Of a stretch of DNA of 64,000 nucleotides, positions 9,131-19,741 are shown piece by piece. The DNA is taken from NCBI GenBank assembly GCA_963667565.1, contig OY763415.1, forward strand, positions 1,632,001-1,696,000, written 5' to 3'. This DNA is from Acholeplasmataceae bacterium (GTDB lineage Bacteria; Bacillota_I; Bacilli_A; Acholeplasmatales; Acholeplasmataceae). The notes below the pieces were generated by a model. It was given only the letters and a program-made list of their open reading frames with translations. It made no database searches and was not told where the DNA came from. Each line of letters starts with the position of its first letter. The stretch's first letter is position 1. The translations under genes and the position numbers were made by a program.

Positions 9131-10888
9131 TTATAATTTTGTATCCCAAATACCACAAAATGAATCTACTGGATCAACACCTATAAATTGCGTTTTACCT
9201 GTGAGTTTATTGACAAGGGCTTGTATAGATTCATCCTTGTCAGAATAAGCATTAATGTATGTTTTTGCTTGAGGTACATCAGCTAAAACAAAAGGACTAG
9301 CCAAAGATATAACAATGACTGGTAATTCGTTTACATACCAAGGAATTTCGCCGCCACCTTTACTCATACTCCAACTGATTCGTTCAGAAGTTTGGCCATA
9401 TGATGCAACGTTGGTTAATGTTATGACAAGGTCGTATTGACTGACAAAACTTTCTATAGACGTTTTAGCAGCAAAATATAAATTAATTTCTTTACCTTTT
9501 TCTTCAGGTGGAAGTTTTGCTATACGCTCAAAAGGAGATTCATAGATTTCAACATCAAAACCTTGTTGTTCTAAGAGTTCCTTTACTTTTTCAGCAGGCG
9601 TTTTTTTAGGTTCATTCTTCAATATTGTAAAAAGACTAGCTGCAGTTAAACCTTTAGCTGGAACAATAAGTATTCTCTTGTATTTATCTGGAGTGATTGG
9701 TAATACATCTTGCTTGTTTTTGACAAGTGTAATTGATTTTTCTGCAACTTCATGGGCAATTTTTTTATGTTCTTGACAACCAATTTTTGCCAATTTGCTT
9801 TCATCTAATTCAAAGGGTTCCATCAATCCTAGAGCAGCTTTAGTTCCAAGTATTCTAGTTAAAGATTCATTTAAACGCTTTTCGGATATGATTCCATTTA
9901 AGTAACCTTTTTTCATAAAGTCAAAATCTTCATCCATATCATTAAAGAATAGAAACATATCACAACCTGCAGCAATAGCTTTAGGTAACATTTCAGAACG
10001 CTTCATTCTTGAGGTGAGTCCGACCATATGAGATGCATCTGTGACGATTAATCCATTAAATCCAAGTTTATCTCTTAAAAGATCATTAAGTAATTCACTG
10101 GAAAGAGTTGCAGGCATGATTTTATCATCGGTCAATTGAGGATTGAGCATTTTTGAGTATTCAGGTAACATAATATGGCCAACCATTACAGACTGAACGC
10201 CTGCATCAATCATCCCTTTGTACACCTTGCCAAAACTTTCATCCCATGCTTTAACAGATAAACTATTTACGGAATTTGACAAATGTTGATCACGTTCATC
10301 AATGCCATCACCAGGAAAATGCTTAATTGCACAAATGCAATTTGAATTTTCCATCACACCTCTTAAATATGCTTTACCAAATTGTAATACCTTTTCTGCA
10401 TCATTACTAAAACAACGCGTAGAAATAATTGGATTTCTCCAATTTCTGTGTATGTCTACAATAGGCGAAAAAAGCCAATTACAGCCTATAGCATCCGCTT
10501 CAACTCCGGAAACTTTACCAAGGTTATAAGCACAAACTGGATCATTAGTTGCTCCAATTTTTGTTGGCATACCTATGCTTGTACCATCAAGACATGCGCC
10601 ATCACCACCACCTTCGGTGTTGCTTGCAATTAATAAAGGAATTTTACTATTGCTTTGTAAAACCTTATTTTGCTCTAAAACATCTTTTCCTAAGGCTGGA
10701 TTGTATCTAGCGCCACCTATGTGGTAAGTTTTTAATATGTGTTTAAGATAATTTTCATCTCTGGTTGCGCCGAGGTTGACAAATAGTTGTCCAATCTTTT
10801 CATCAAGTGACATTTCTTTTATTGTTTTTTCTACCCACTTTATCTCGCTCTCGCTCAAATAAAACGGTTTTTCTTTTAGATTAACCAT
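9131..10888 (-). CDS. Cytoplasmic GH3 glycoside hydrolase (beta-hexosaminidase/glucosidase, Nag3-like subgroup)
   Basis: MSLDEKIGQL; TEGGG; KHFPGDGIDERDQH; LGFNGLIVTDA. No signal peptide. Confidence 0.88.
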   Translation of the reverse strand: MVNLKEKPFYLSESEIKWVEKTIKEMSLDEKIGQLFVNLGATRDENYLKHILKTYHIGGARYNPALGKDVLEQNKVLQSNSKIPLLIASNTEGGGDGACLDGTSIGMPTKIGATNDPVCAYNLGKVSGVEADAIGCNWLFSPIVDIHRNWRNPIISTRCFSNDAEKVLQFGKAYLRGVMENSNCICAIKHFPGDGIDERDQHLSNSVNSLSVKAWDESFGKVYKGMIDAGVQSVMVGHIMLPEYSKMLNPQLTDDKIMPATLSSELLNDLLRDKLGFNGLIVTDASHMVGLTSRMKRSEMLPKAIAAGCDMFLFFNDMDEDFDFMKKGYLNGIISEKRLNESLTRILGTKAALGLMEPFELDESKLAKIGCQEHKKIAHEVAEKSITLVKNKQDVLPITPDKYKRILIVPAKGLTAASLFTILKNEPKKTPAEKVKELLEQQGFDVEIYESPFERIAKLPPEEKGKEINLYFAAKTSIESFVSQYDLVITLTNVASYGQTSERISWSMSKGGGEIPWYVNELPVIVISLASPFVLADVPQAKTYINAYSDKDESIQALVNKLTGKTQFIGVDPVDSFCGIWDTKL

Positions 10889-10984
10889 TTCTTTTATCCT
10901 TTCGTATCAATTATCCTTTAAATATGAATACACAAAACAACTCAAACAAGAATAATTTGAGATTGTTTTGTGATATGTATGACG

Positions 10985-12010
10985 TTAAATTTTTATAGTT
11001 TCGAGTTTAGCTCTTTTTTCATGTGCTAATGCTATTCTTGCTCGTTCAGCTCTTTTTACCTTGAATATATTCTCATTAGCAAGATAAATAAGAAGTGCTA
11101 AAAAGAGTAACATGGTTATCACATTTGTCTGTGCATCATTAAGTTGCAGTTTGCTTAAACCTAAAGAAAAGATATTTAGAGTTAATGATGCGATCAAAAT
11201 ACCTATTGCTTGATTAGACCAACGGGAGATATACATACCTAAAAACATTGGAAACATATTGGCTAAAACTGTACCATTACTCATGAATCCAGTTGATACT
11301 TTCATTCCGTTAGACATTGCTGCGTCTAGCATACCTGACGTAGATACAGCACCTCCTGCAAATGTATAACTTAATATCGCATTTCTAAAAACTTTAATTC
11401 CTGAAGATTTAGCAATTTTTTGAGATCCTTGTATTGCGCGTAAGTGATATCCATATCTTGTATAACCCAATAAAAACATGACTATACCAGCGCAAAGAAT
11501 TAATACCGACACAGTGAACCACATATTGATCAGTATATCGTTGCCATCAACACCAAAGATATTAAATCCTTTTCCATCAGATGTGAAAAATGCAACGCAT
11601 TCATATATCAAACCGAGGCCAATACCCAATACCATTGCAGGTACTCTTGTGACTACAAATAGTACACCAGTTAAGAATCCAAATAAAAGTCCGAAAACTA
11701 ATGCAAATACAAGTAATCCAACACCGCTTAATCCCAAAGATAAAGCGATATTACCACCTACAATTACCCCAACCAATCTTTGTGCACCTAATGATAAATC
11801 CATTCTGCCACAGGTTAGGTTAAATGATAAAGCATAAGCGATTAAGCTGGAAATTGCTGTCCGTCTTATGATGTTTTGCACGTCCAAAACAGAAGATATG
11901 ATATGATTTCCTTTCGTGATTACTAATAATTCCATAATAACGAAAATGACGATTGGAAAACATGCTGATATAATAATGTTTTTAAGTGTATTCTTTGTTT
12001 TAATTGACAT
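10985..12010 (-). CDS. Monosaccharide-type (RbsC/XylH-like) ABC permease
   Basis: GRMDLSLG; TRYGYHLRAIQGS..A..SGI; multiple TM segments. Confidence 0.85.
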   Translation of the reverse strand: MSIKTKNTLKNIIISACFPIVIFVIMELLVITKGNHIISSVLDVQNIIRRTAISSLIAYALSFNLTCGRMDLSLGAQRLVGVIVGGNIALSLGLSGVGLLVFALVFGLLFGFLTGVLFVVTRVPAMVLGIGLGLIYECVAFFTSDGKGFNIFGVDGNDILINMWFTVSVLILCAGIVMFLLGYTRYGYHLRAIQGSQKIAKSSGIKVFRNAILSYTFAGGAVSTSGMLDAAMSNGMKVSTGFMSNGTVLANMFPMFLGMYISRWSNQAIGILIASLTLNIFSLGLSKLQLNDAQTNVITMLLFLALLIYLANENIFKVKRAERARIALAHEKRAKLETIKI

Positions 12011-12037
12011 AAGGGGTATTCCAACTTTCTCTTTTTA

Positions 12038-13282
12038 TTATGGTAATTTTCTTGAAATTAATGCATCACTATCAGAAACAGAACTTAATAAGTCAATAGA
12101 TGTTTGAAGTGTTGCTTCACTGTTAAATGATACACAAAGCATTTTTGCTTCTTCACCAGAGATAACCCAAGTTCCAGGTTTATCAAGTTGAGCAAGTCCA
12201 GCATATTCTTCAGCTGTTGCACAAAGCCAAGGTTCTACAAATAGTTGAACAGCTTTACCATCAACTTTATACATGTCTGCATGTCCATCAACGGCATTAC
12301 GAATTGCTGCAGCATCGATTGCAAATGCAACTGTTAAAGGATTGATTACTGCATAATTTAATACATTATTTCCAAGTGTATCTTTTTCAGAGAAACCAAT
12401 TGCTGTTCTTGCTTCAATGGATGCAGTAGCAAGAATTTTGATATCCATATTTTTTGCTTTTTCAACAGCATCGATTGCGTTTGCATCTTCTTCATAACCA
12501 GCAACACAAGCATAGATGTCATATTCACCAGTTTCGAGTGCTGATACAATGTTTGTTCTAATATTACCTGACACAAGATAGATCTTAACATCACTGCGTC
12601 CTGTAACTAGTGGTCCTACATCAGCTGATTGGGCAATTTCTTCAATAGTTCTGTCATAGGTTAAATTATATTTTTCTTGCATTGCTTGCAATACAGCTAA
12701 TGTTGAATAATAATGTGATTCAGCTTGTTTTCCAGTAGCAGCACAAGAGTAAATAAGAACGTTATGTAATTGTCCATCATTTAGTAATTCATCCATTGCA
12801 GCTTTATAAGCTACTTGCATTCCTGCTGAAGAAGCACCACAGTTGCCTAGTGCAGCAGTGAGTTCTGGATTTTCATCTGAAAAAGCAGATTTTTGATTGT
12901 GACAATACATTCCTAATCTTTGGCAAGTCTCAATAACAGACTTTGCAGCACTAGTATCAAGATTAATGATTCCCACGGCACCCTTCACAAACTCATTTTC
13001 AATAAATGTTACTCGTGCATCCTCATTTTTTAAGACTTCCGAAAAATCAAAAGTCATATTAAGGTTTGGTCCTATCTCATTATTAAGATAGTCCTTAATG
13101 ACATTCGTATTTTCATTTACTTCATTTAAAATTACACCAACCAATACCTCTTCGCCTGTTTTGTTTGTAAGCGATGCAAATGGATCAGTGCCACTGCCAG
13201 GAATAATTCCTTGTCCGCTACAAGAAGTAAGTATTGTCATTATACATGTTACAAATAATAAAATGATTATCTTCTTTTTCAT
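12038..13282 (-). CDS. Sugar ABC transporter solute-binding lipoprotein (putative)
   Basis: Lipobox LTSC; sits between two permeases. Confidence 0.65.
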   Translation of the reverse strand: MKKKIIILLFVTCIMTILTSCSGQGIIPGSGTDPFASLTNKTGEEVLVGVILNEVNENTNVIKDYLNNEIGPNLNMTFDFSEVLKNEDARVTFIENEFVKGAVGIINLDTSAAKSVIETCQRLGMYCHNQKSAFSDENPELTAALGNCGASSAGMQVAYKAAMDELLNDGQLHNVLIYSCAATGKQAESHYYSTLAVLQAMQEKYNLTYDRTIEEIAQSADVGPLVTGRSDVKIYLVSGNIRTNIVSALETGEYDIYACVAGYEEDANAIDAVEKAKNMDIKILATASIEARTAIGFSEKDTLGNNVLNYAVINPLTVAFAIDAAAIRNAVDGHADMYKVDGKAVQLFVEPWLCATAEEYAGLAQLDKPGTWVISGEEAKMLCVSFNSEATLQTSIDLLSSVSDSDALISRKLP

Positions 13283-13320
13283 ATTTTCCTCCTAAAAATC
13301 TTGTTATATAAATATAGTTG

Positions 13321-14292
13321 TTAATCTTTTTCTGGTAATAAATTTGATCTTGTTTGAGATGCTACAACAAGCACAAGGAAGAAGACGCCCCTTATTCCTT
13401 GAATCAAAACGCTATCCACATTTAACATCTGCAAGCCGTTATTCAAAACGACTACCGTAATCGCGCCTAACACCGCTGAGTAAATAAAAGATTTACTTCC
13501 ACCGAAGACCGACATACCGCCTAAGACAATGGCCAGTAGTACATCCATATTAAGTGTACTTGCAGTAAAATTACTTACAGATCCCGTTCTTGTAATAGTC
13601 ATCAATGCACCTAAACCTGCACCAATGCCAGCCATAATAAAAGCTATTAGTAAATATCTATCGTAGACAATCCCAGTAGCATTTGAGCAATCAGAATTGG
13701 TACCGATAAACTTAATTGAACGTCCAACTTTTGTAAAGTTAAATATGATTAAGCAAGCAAGAAAATATATACCAAATGCAATGTATGGAAAATTTGCACT
13801 TCTTAATGCATTTGTAACTTCATAGGGTATGCTTATCGTTTGGTTGTTCAACACCGTTTGTTGAATTGCTAATAATAGTGTCATCATAACAACGGTTACA
13901 AAGAGCACCTTAACTTTAAATTTTGAAGACACGATGACGGCAAGTATACCTATCACTATGCCTGCAACAAGCGCAGCAACAAACATTAGTGTTACTGACT
14001 GAGTTGCAACATATATCTTTATGGCTATTGCTGCAATTAAACCAGTAGTAGCACCCATTGCAATATTTACATTTCCTGTCCCATAGATAAATGATGCGCC
14101 TGTGGCAACAGTTGCCACAATAAGTGACTGATCAATAATGAGAGATAGATTAAATGGGTTAAAGAACATACCTTCACTATTAATTCCAAATATTACCGCT
14201 AGGATGATTAACCAAAAAATCGGCAATAGTTTTGTTATTAATCGGTTGTTTTTGATCACCAATACGCTGTTTTTAAATTTTGCTTTGTCCAT
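13321..14292 (-). CDS. Monosaccharide-type ABC permease
   Basis: TKVGRSIKFIGTN..ATGI; AIVLGGMSVFGG; NNGLQML. Confidence 0.88.
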   Translation of the reverse strand: MDKAKFKNSVLVIKNNRLITKLLPIFWLIILAVIFGINSEGMFFNPFNLSLIIDQSLIVATVATGASFIYGTGNVNIAMGATTGLIAAIAIKIYVATQSVTLMFVAALVAGIVIGILAVIVSSKFKVKVLFVTVVMMTLLLAIQQTVLNNQTISIPYEVTNALRSANFPYIAFGIYFLACLIIFNFTKVGRSIKFIGTNSDCSNATGIVYDRYLLIAFIMAGIGAGLGALMTITRTGSVSNFTASTLNMDVLLAIVLGGMSVFGGSKSFIYSAVLGAITVVVLNNGLQMLNVDSVLIQGIRGVFFLVLVVASQTRSNLLPEKD

Positions 14293-14304
14293 AATAACCT
14301 TCCC

Positions 14305-15810
14305 TTATATCATATAATCAATCAAATGATGCTCTGTTAAGTCAGCACTTCTCATCGCTTCGTGAGTTACTTCACCATCTTTCATAATCATGATTCTGTC
14401 GCTCATTCCAATTAATTCTTGTAGCTCTTCTGAAATAAGTATAATTGACTTACCCGCTTTTTTCATTTGATAGATAATGTTGTACATAGCAGCTTTAACA
14501 CCGACATCTACACCTCTTGTCGGACAGTCCATGATGATCACTTGAGCATCTGCAGCCATCCACTTGCCAAAGGCAACTTTTTGTTTATTTCCACCTGATA
14601 AGGTATTGACATTTGCATGTCTACTAGAAGACTTAATCATTAAATCTTCTATTTGTTTATCTACGTATTTTTTCTCTTTCTTACCAGAAATAATGTACAT
14701 AAATAACTCGTTAATTTTGTATCCAGTTGAAGAAATATTTTCATATATCGTTGCTGACAGACCAAGCGATTCAGTGTCCCTATTTTTTGAAATGTATCCC
14801 ATTTTGTTGTTTACAGCAATATGTGGATTTTTAATTTTAATATTTCCTAATTCAACCTGGCCATCAAGAACTTTTTCAAGTCCAAAAAGTGCTCTACCAA
14901 CAGTTCTCATACCACAATGTGACAATCCACCTATGCCGAGTATCTCACCTTTATGTAATTCTAAGTTGAAACAAAGTAAATCATTGTTTGTTGTTATATT
15001 GTTCGCTCTTAAAACCACTTCATCCCCATAAGGATCAAAATCATTACGATAATAATCACCTTTAACTTCACGGCCGACCATCATTTTTCTGATTACATCA
15101 TGATCGTAGTCCTTTTTTTCTATAGAACCGATGATATTGCCATCTCTGAGTACCGTAAGTATGTCACAATACTTCGTCATTTCATCAAGATCGTGTGAAA
15201 TAAGAAGTACACATTTATTCTCTTTTTTCATGCGAAGTATTGTTTCATATAAAAACTCTCGACCTGTATGAGATAGCGCTGTAGTCGTTTCATCGACAAT
15301 CAGTATTTCTGGTTGCCAGTATAATGACTTGACGATTTCGACTATCTTTCTATCCTGCATGTCAAGCATTGCAGTTTTAGTCTCCGGCGATATATGCTTT
15401 ACACCCAACTCATCAAATAGTTTTTGACAAGCGATGTTCATCTTTTTTTTACTAACAATTAAATTAAATTTACCTGTAAATAAATCTTCGTGTCCCAAAA
15501 AGATGTTTTCAGCTACTGAAATGTTGGGAATTGTTCCAGACTCTTGAACTATCATACCAACGCCGTTTTCTTGTGCAAACAAGGTACTTTCAGGTTTCCA
15601 AACATTACCGTTTAAGAACATTTCCCCTTTTGTTGCAGGTTGAATACCAGCAATAATAGATGATACCGTTGATTTTCCAGAGCCATTTTCTCCAATGACA
15701 CCTCTTATTTCACCTGAACGTATTTCAAAACTCACGTCATTTAATGCTATTGTCGCACCGAAGTTTTTATACATATTATTAATTTTTAGCACTACTTTTT
15801 TTTCTGACAT
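14305..15810 (-). CDS. Sugar ABC transporter ATP-binding protein (RbsA/MglA type, two NBDs)
   Basis: GENGSGKS; DETT; ISHDL; LSGGNKQK; PTRGVDVG. Confidence 0.93.
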   Translation of the reverse strand: MSEKKVVLKINNMYKNFGATIALNDVSFEIRSGEIRGVIGENGSGKSTVSSIIAGIQPATKGEMFLNGNVWKPESTLFAQENGVGMIVQESGTIPNISVAENIFLGHEDLFTGKFNLIVSKKKMNIACQKLFDELGVKHISPETKTAMLDMQDRKIVEIVKSLYWQPEILIVDETTTALSHTGREFLYETILRMKKENKCVLLISHDLDEMTKYCDILTVLRDGNIIGSIEKKDYDHDVIRKMMVGREVKGDYYRNDFDPYGDEVVLRANNITTNNDLLCFNLELHKGEILGIGGLSHCGMRTVGRALFGLEKVLDGQVELGNIKIKNPHIAVNNKMGYISKNRDTESLGLSATIYENISSTGYKINELFMYIISGKKEKKYVDKQIEDLMIKSSSRHANVNTLSGGNKQKVAFGKWMAADAQVIIMDCPTRGVDVGVKAAMYNIIYQMKKAGKSIILISEELQELIGMSDRIMIMKDGEVTHEAMRSADLTEHHLIDYMI

Positions 15811-15887
15811 AAGTTAAGCCTCCACCACACAAGTCATAATTAATCATTGATTTATTTTAAGAACACATTGTTCTTATTCTTACTTTT

Positions 15888-18800
15888 TTATTCTACTTTT
15901 GCTTGATTTTTGTTCTTTGAGAATAAAACTATCCCTTTTTTGTCTAGTATGTGCATCGTAGTAGAACCAATTGCACCAACTGCTGAGAATGCAAGAGCGG
16001 ATACTAGCACTACTTGCCACCAAGGCATTGCTAATTTAACTACAGAATTTGCATCTAAACCATTCATTGCAGCACTATTAGCTACAGAATATAAAATACG
16101 TTTAGTTGACTCTCTCATAGCATTTACAACATATGCATCAGAAGAAAAATCGCTTAATTGTCCAGTTCTGTCATGGTTATTTACGCCATCAAATAAATCT
16201 GTACCAGTCACAACAGCACGTGGAGCATACATATAAAGCGTACAATGAGTCGTTGTGTCACAAGCATCTGCATCCGTAACGATAAATCCATCAAAACCCC
16301 ATTCTCCGCGAAGTACACCATTCATAAGTTCAGAAGAATTACCACACCAAATTGTGCCTAATCTATTAAAACCACTCATAGCCGCATGCGCATTGCCACC
16401 GTCTATTTTCATGATGCCTCTAAAAGCTTCTAAATATATTTCTCTAATTGCTTGTTCATTTGCCCAAGTGCCTACACCTTCACGATGAGTTTCAGAATCG
16501 TTTAATGCAAAATGTTTTTCATAAACGATAATTCCTTTTGACTGAATACCTTTAGTTTCTTCGGCTCCGATTAATGAAGTAACAACAGGATCTTCTGAAT
16601 AATATTCAAAATTTCTACCGCTATATGCATTTCTATGTGTGTTAGCGCCTGGTCCGTATAAACCATTACAATCGCTATGTAATCCATCTTCCCCGATAAT
16701 TTCTCCAACGCGTCTAGTCAGTTCCTTATTCCAAGTTGCAGCTCTTACACATGGAGCTGGGAAAGCAGTACCACTTCCGCCTCCAATAAATGTTGAATTA
16801 AATCCGGAAGGACCATTTTGGTCAGAAGTACCAGGTTTAGCGACAGAAATAACCGCTCTGGTAGTATGTTGACCATAAGCAATTAAATCTCTCATTTCTC
16901 TAAAAGAGACTTGGTCAAGTAAATCATCCCAAGTGTATGTTTTACCATTTAATTCTATAGATCCATCTAAAGGTACGCCTCTGAACATAACAAGTTTAAG
17001 TCCATTATCTGCACCTAAAGTAGGCATTGTATAACTCGCTGCATCTGCAGGAGGTGTATACTGTTCAGCTTTAATTTCACCATACATTTTATCGGTCATA
17101 TCAAGTTTAACAGCAATACTTTTCATGGTTGCTAGTGAAGAAATATCAAAAGACTCGTTCCAATTTTCACGAGAAATATAATTGACCTTTTGATTTTCAT
17201 CATATAAATTGATATCTGCATTGTCAAATTGATTCGTTATATCAACACCAGTAGAAGATGATGTAGCATAAGTTGTTGTGTCACGTGTATCAACAGTCCA
17301 CTTATACACAGTATCACCTTGACTCTTGATTGGAGCAACTGCAGGTACCATCTTACTTTCATTAGCACCTTTCATCGTTAATATATTATTTAACGCATCA
17401 TGTGCACCATTACCTAAAGAAAGGTAATAATCTCCAGCATCCATAATATAAGTTTTTGCACCATATGCATCGTATACTGCTAATAATTCTTTATTAAAGC
17501 TTACAGATACAGTTTCTGATTCACCAGGTGCTAAAGTATTTGTTTTTTCGAATCCAACAAGTTCTACAGACGCTTTTTCTATGTCGTTTTCCTTGTCGTA
17601 AATTGTATAAGGTGTTTGAGCGTATAATTGTACAACCTCTTTACCTGATACACTTTCAGATGTATTTTTTACTGTGACGGTTGCTGTCATCGTACCATCA
17701 CCGTTATCTTTCACACTGTAATCGCTATATTCGAAATCTGCATAGGATAATCCATGTCCGAATGAGTATGCAACGATACTGTTATAATCAAAACCAGTTG
17801 TATTTCCGAGCACCATATCCTCATATCTTGTTTCGTAATAGCGGTAGCCTACATATATACCTTCTAAATATACATTGTAGTATTTTTCTCCCATCCAAAT
17901 ATCTTTGAACTCTGAATCCGCTTTTGATCTGTAATCAGATTCAAAATTTTGATATGCAGTATGTCCAAAATTATAAATTGATGGTTCTCTTAAATTGTCA
18001 TAGCAAAAAGTATCAACGATATGGCCTGATGGTGTAATATCTCCACTTAAAAGTCTTCCTAGAGAATCTACGCCACTTTGACCAGTTGCACCTAGCCACA
18101 TACATGCATCAATGCCGTAGTCAACGCCACAAACATCTTCTGATAAAAAGTCTAATTGAATTGCATTAGAACTATTTAAAATAACTACGATATTTTGTAT
18201 CGTACCATTATCTTTTAATCCTTTTAATCCATTTAACAAGCTTCGCTCATCACCGTTAAGTTCAAGATAATTGTTACCTGTTAAACTACCTTCTCCGATT
18301 GTTCTCGCATCTGATACGTTGATTGTTCCAAAATCATAACCAACTTCGTTCGCGCCACTAGTTAAATCATAGCCTTCTCCACCATTACGTGAAAATACTA
18401 CAACGGCTGTATCACATACGATCATATTTGCATAATCTGAAGAATTTTCTATGAGTGACCAAGGTACTTCATTGATTGCAAATGGATTCGCATCATGCAT
18501 TCCAGGAACAGATAAGTGATAACTTTCACCTTCACCTGAATCATAGAAATTATATGAGTCCATATTTACATTAAATCCGCCTAAAAGAAGACTTGATACA
18601 AATGTTGCATCAGAACCACTTGTTTGTCCTGAACCAGTACCACTCGTAATTGGATCATTCACTGATTGTCCAAACAAACTTATTGTTGTGTTTTTTTGTA
18701 GAGGAAGTGCTCCATCATTTTGCAATAAAACAAAGCCTTCAGCAGTGACATCCTTTACAAGTTCATTTCCTGCTGCCGATAAAGCCTCACTGTCATAAAC

Positions 18801-19046
18801 TTCTTTACCTTTACTGTCAAGTAGAGTATTTCCTTCTCCATCTTTTTGAGTGAATTCACTTTCAAAATAAACATCACCCACTGAACCAACAGATGTAGAG
18901 GTTGAAGAAGCAGTATTAAAAAACCAATTTATTGTTGTCTCATATCTAATGCTAACTATGTTAACCACGATCATAAATACCAATAGACCAATAAAAACTT
19001 TAGTTAACACTCTCCATAATTTTGAAGTACTTTTCTTTTGTACCAT
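15888..19046 (-). CDS. Membrane-anchored GH3 beta-glucosidase with C-domain/Fn3/N-domain order
   Basis: N- and C-terminal TM helices; EGFVLLQN; EGIYVGYRYYET; GKEVVQLY; GRNFEYYSEDP; KHFALND; LRGEWGFDGFIVTD. Confidence 0.92.
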   Translation of the reverse strand: MVQKKSTSKLWRVLTKVFIGLLVFMIVVNIVSIRYETTINWFFNTASSTSTSVGSVGDVYFESEFTQKDGEGNTLLDSKGKEVYDSEALSAAGNELVKDVTAEGFVLLQNDGALPLQKNTTISLFGQSVNDPITSGTGSGQTSGSDATFVSSLLLGGFNVNMDSYNFYDSGEGESYHLSVPGMHDANPFAINEVPWSLIENSSDYANMIVCDTAVVVFSRNGGEGYDLTSGANEVGYDFGTINVSDARTIGEGSLTGNNYLELNGDERSLLNGLKGLKDNGTIQNIVVILNSSNAIQLDFLSEDVCGVDYGIDACMWLGATGQSGVDSLGRLLSGDITPSGHIVDTFCYDNLREPSIYNFGHTAYQNFESDYRSKADSEFKDIWMGEKYYNVYLEGIYVGYRYYETRYEDMVLGNTTGFDYNSIVAYSFGHGLSYADFEYSDYSVKDNGDGTMTATVTVKNTSESVSGKEVVQLYAQTPYTIYDKENDIEKASVELVGFEKTNTLAPGESETVSVSFNKELLAVYDAYGAKTYIMDAGDYYLSLGNGAHDALNNILTMKGANESKMVPAVAPIKSQGDTVYKWTVDTRDTTTYATSSSTGVDITNQFDNADINLYDENQKVNYISRENWNESFDISSLATMKSIAVKLDMTDKMYGEIKAEQYTPPADAASYTMPTLGADNGLKLVMFRGVPLDGSIELNGKTYTWDDLLDQVSFREMRDLIAYGQHTTRAVISVAKPGTSDQNGPSGFNSTFIGGGSGTAFPAPCVRAATWNKELTRRVGEIIGEDGLHSDCNGLYGPGANTHRNAYSGRNFEYYSEDPVVTSLIGAEETKGIQSKGIIVYEKHFALNDSETHREGVGTWANEQAIREIYLEAFRGIMKIDGGNAHAAMSGFNRLGTIWCGNSSELMNGVLRGEWGFDGFIVTDADACDTTTHCTLYMYAPRAVVTGTDLFDGVNNHDRTGQLSDFSSDAYVVNAMRESTKRILYSVANSAAMNGLDANSVVKLAMPWWQVVLVSALAFSAVGAIGSTTMHILDKKGIVLFSKNKNQAKVE

Positions 19047-19075
19047 ACTTAATTCTCCTTACTGTTTTAATACAT

Positions 19076-19112
19076 TAATAACTATCCAAGAGTACTCTCG
19101 GATAGTTATCAT
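19076..19112 (-). terminator. Stem-loop between the lipoprotein and GH3 genes (terminator or RNA-stability hairpin)
   Basis: ataactatcc-aagagtactctc-ggatagttat. Confidence 0.45.
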
Positions 19113-19138
19113 GTAGGTTTAAATCTTGAATTTTAAAA

Positions 19139-19741
19139 TTATTCTGCAGTTGTTTCTTCTGGTTTTACTGCAGCATCACCAGGAATTTGGTCACCATTTA
19201 ATACTGTTACTTTCATTGTTCCCATAACTGTATCAACAACACATTCATAACTACGTCCATATGCTGCGATAAAGTCATCAGCGTTTTCCCATACTTCAGT
19301 TTCTGCACGTGCATTAAGTGTATAAGTGAAACCAGGAGCAACATCGTTATCAGGATCTCCAGCTGGCCATCTATCTGTATCAACTACAGCTGTTACACTT
19401 GAACGTTCTTCAGCGATAAGTGTAATTCTAGTAGGCATTAAAAGTGTATAAGTGATTGTACCTTCTTCAGCGTTTTCTTCTTTAACTTCATATTCTCCAT
19501 AAGCAGTAATGTCACGACCATAAACAAGTGTTACTACAGGGATAGCCCATCTTGTTTCGTAGTTCATTTTGTAAGTGCCATCACTAAAAATTTCTAAAGT
19601 GTAAGCATAATCTATTGGGTCTGCCATATCTGTATGATTATGTAGATATTGTTGAGAATATAATCCTTCAGACTTTGTTGAACATGCTACCAAGGTAAAA
19701 ACCATGATTAGTGATAAAGCTAGGGTAATAACTTTCTTCAT
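19139..19741 (-). CDS. Lipoprotein of unknown function, first gene of the GH3/ABC operon
   Basis: Lipobox LVAC; RBS aaggag. Confidence 0.8.
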   Translation of the reverse strand: MKKVITLALSLIMVFTLVACSTKSEGLYSQQYLHNHTDMADPIDYAYTLEIFSDGTYKMNYETRWAIPVVTLVYGRDITAYGEYEVKEENAEEGTITYTLLMPTRITLIAEERSSVTAVVDTDRWPAGDPDNDVAPGFTYTLNARAETEVWENADDFIAAYGRSYECVVDTVMGTMKVTVLNGDQIPGDAAVKPEETTAE

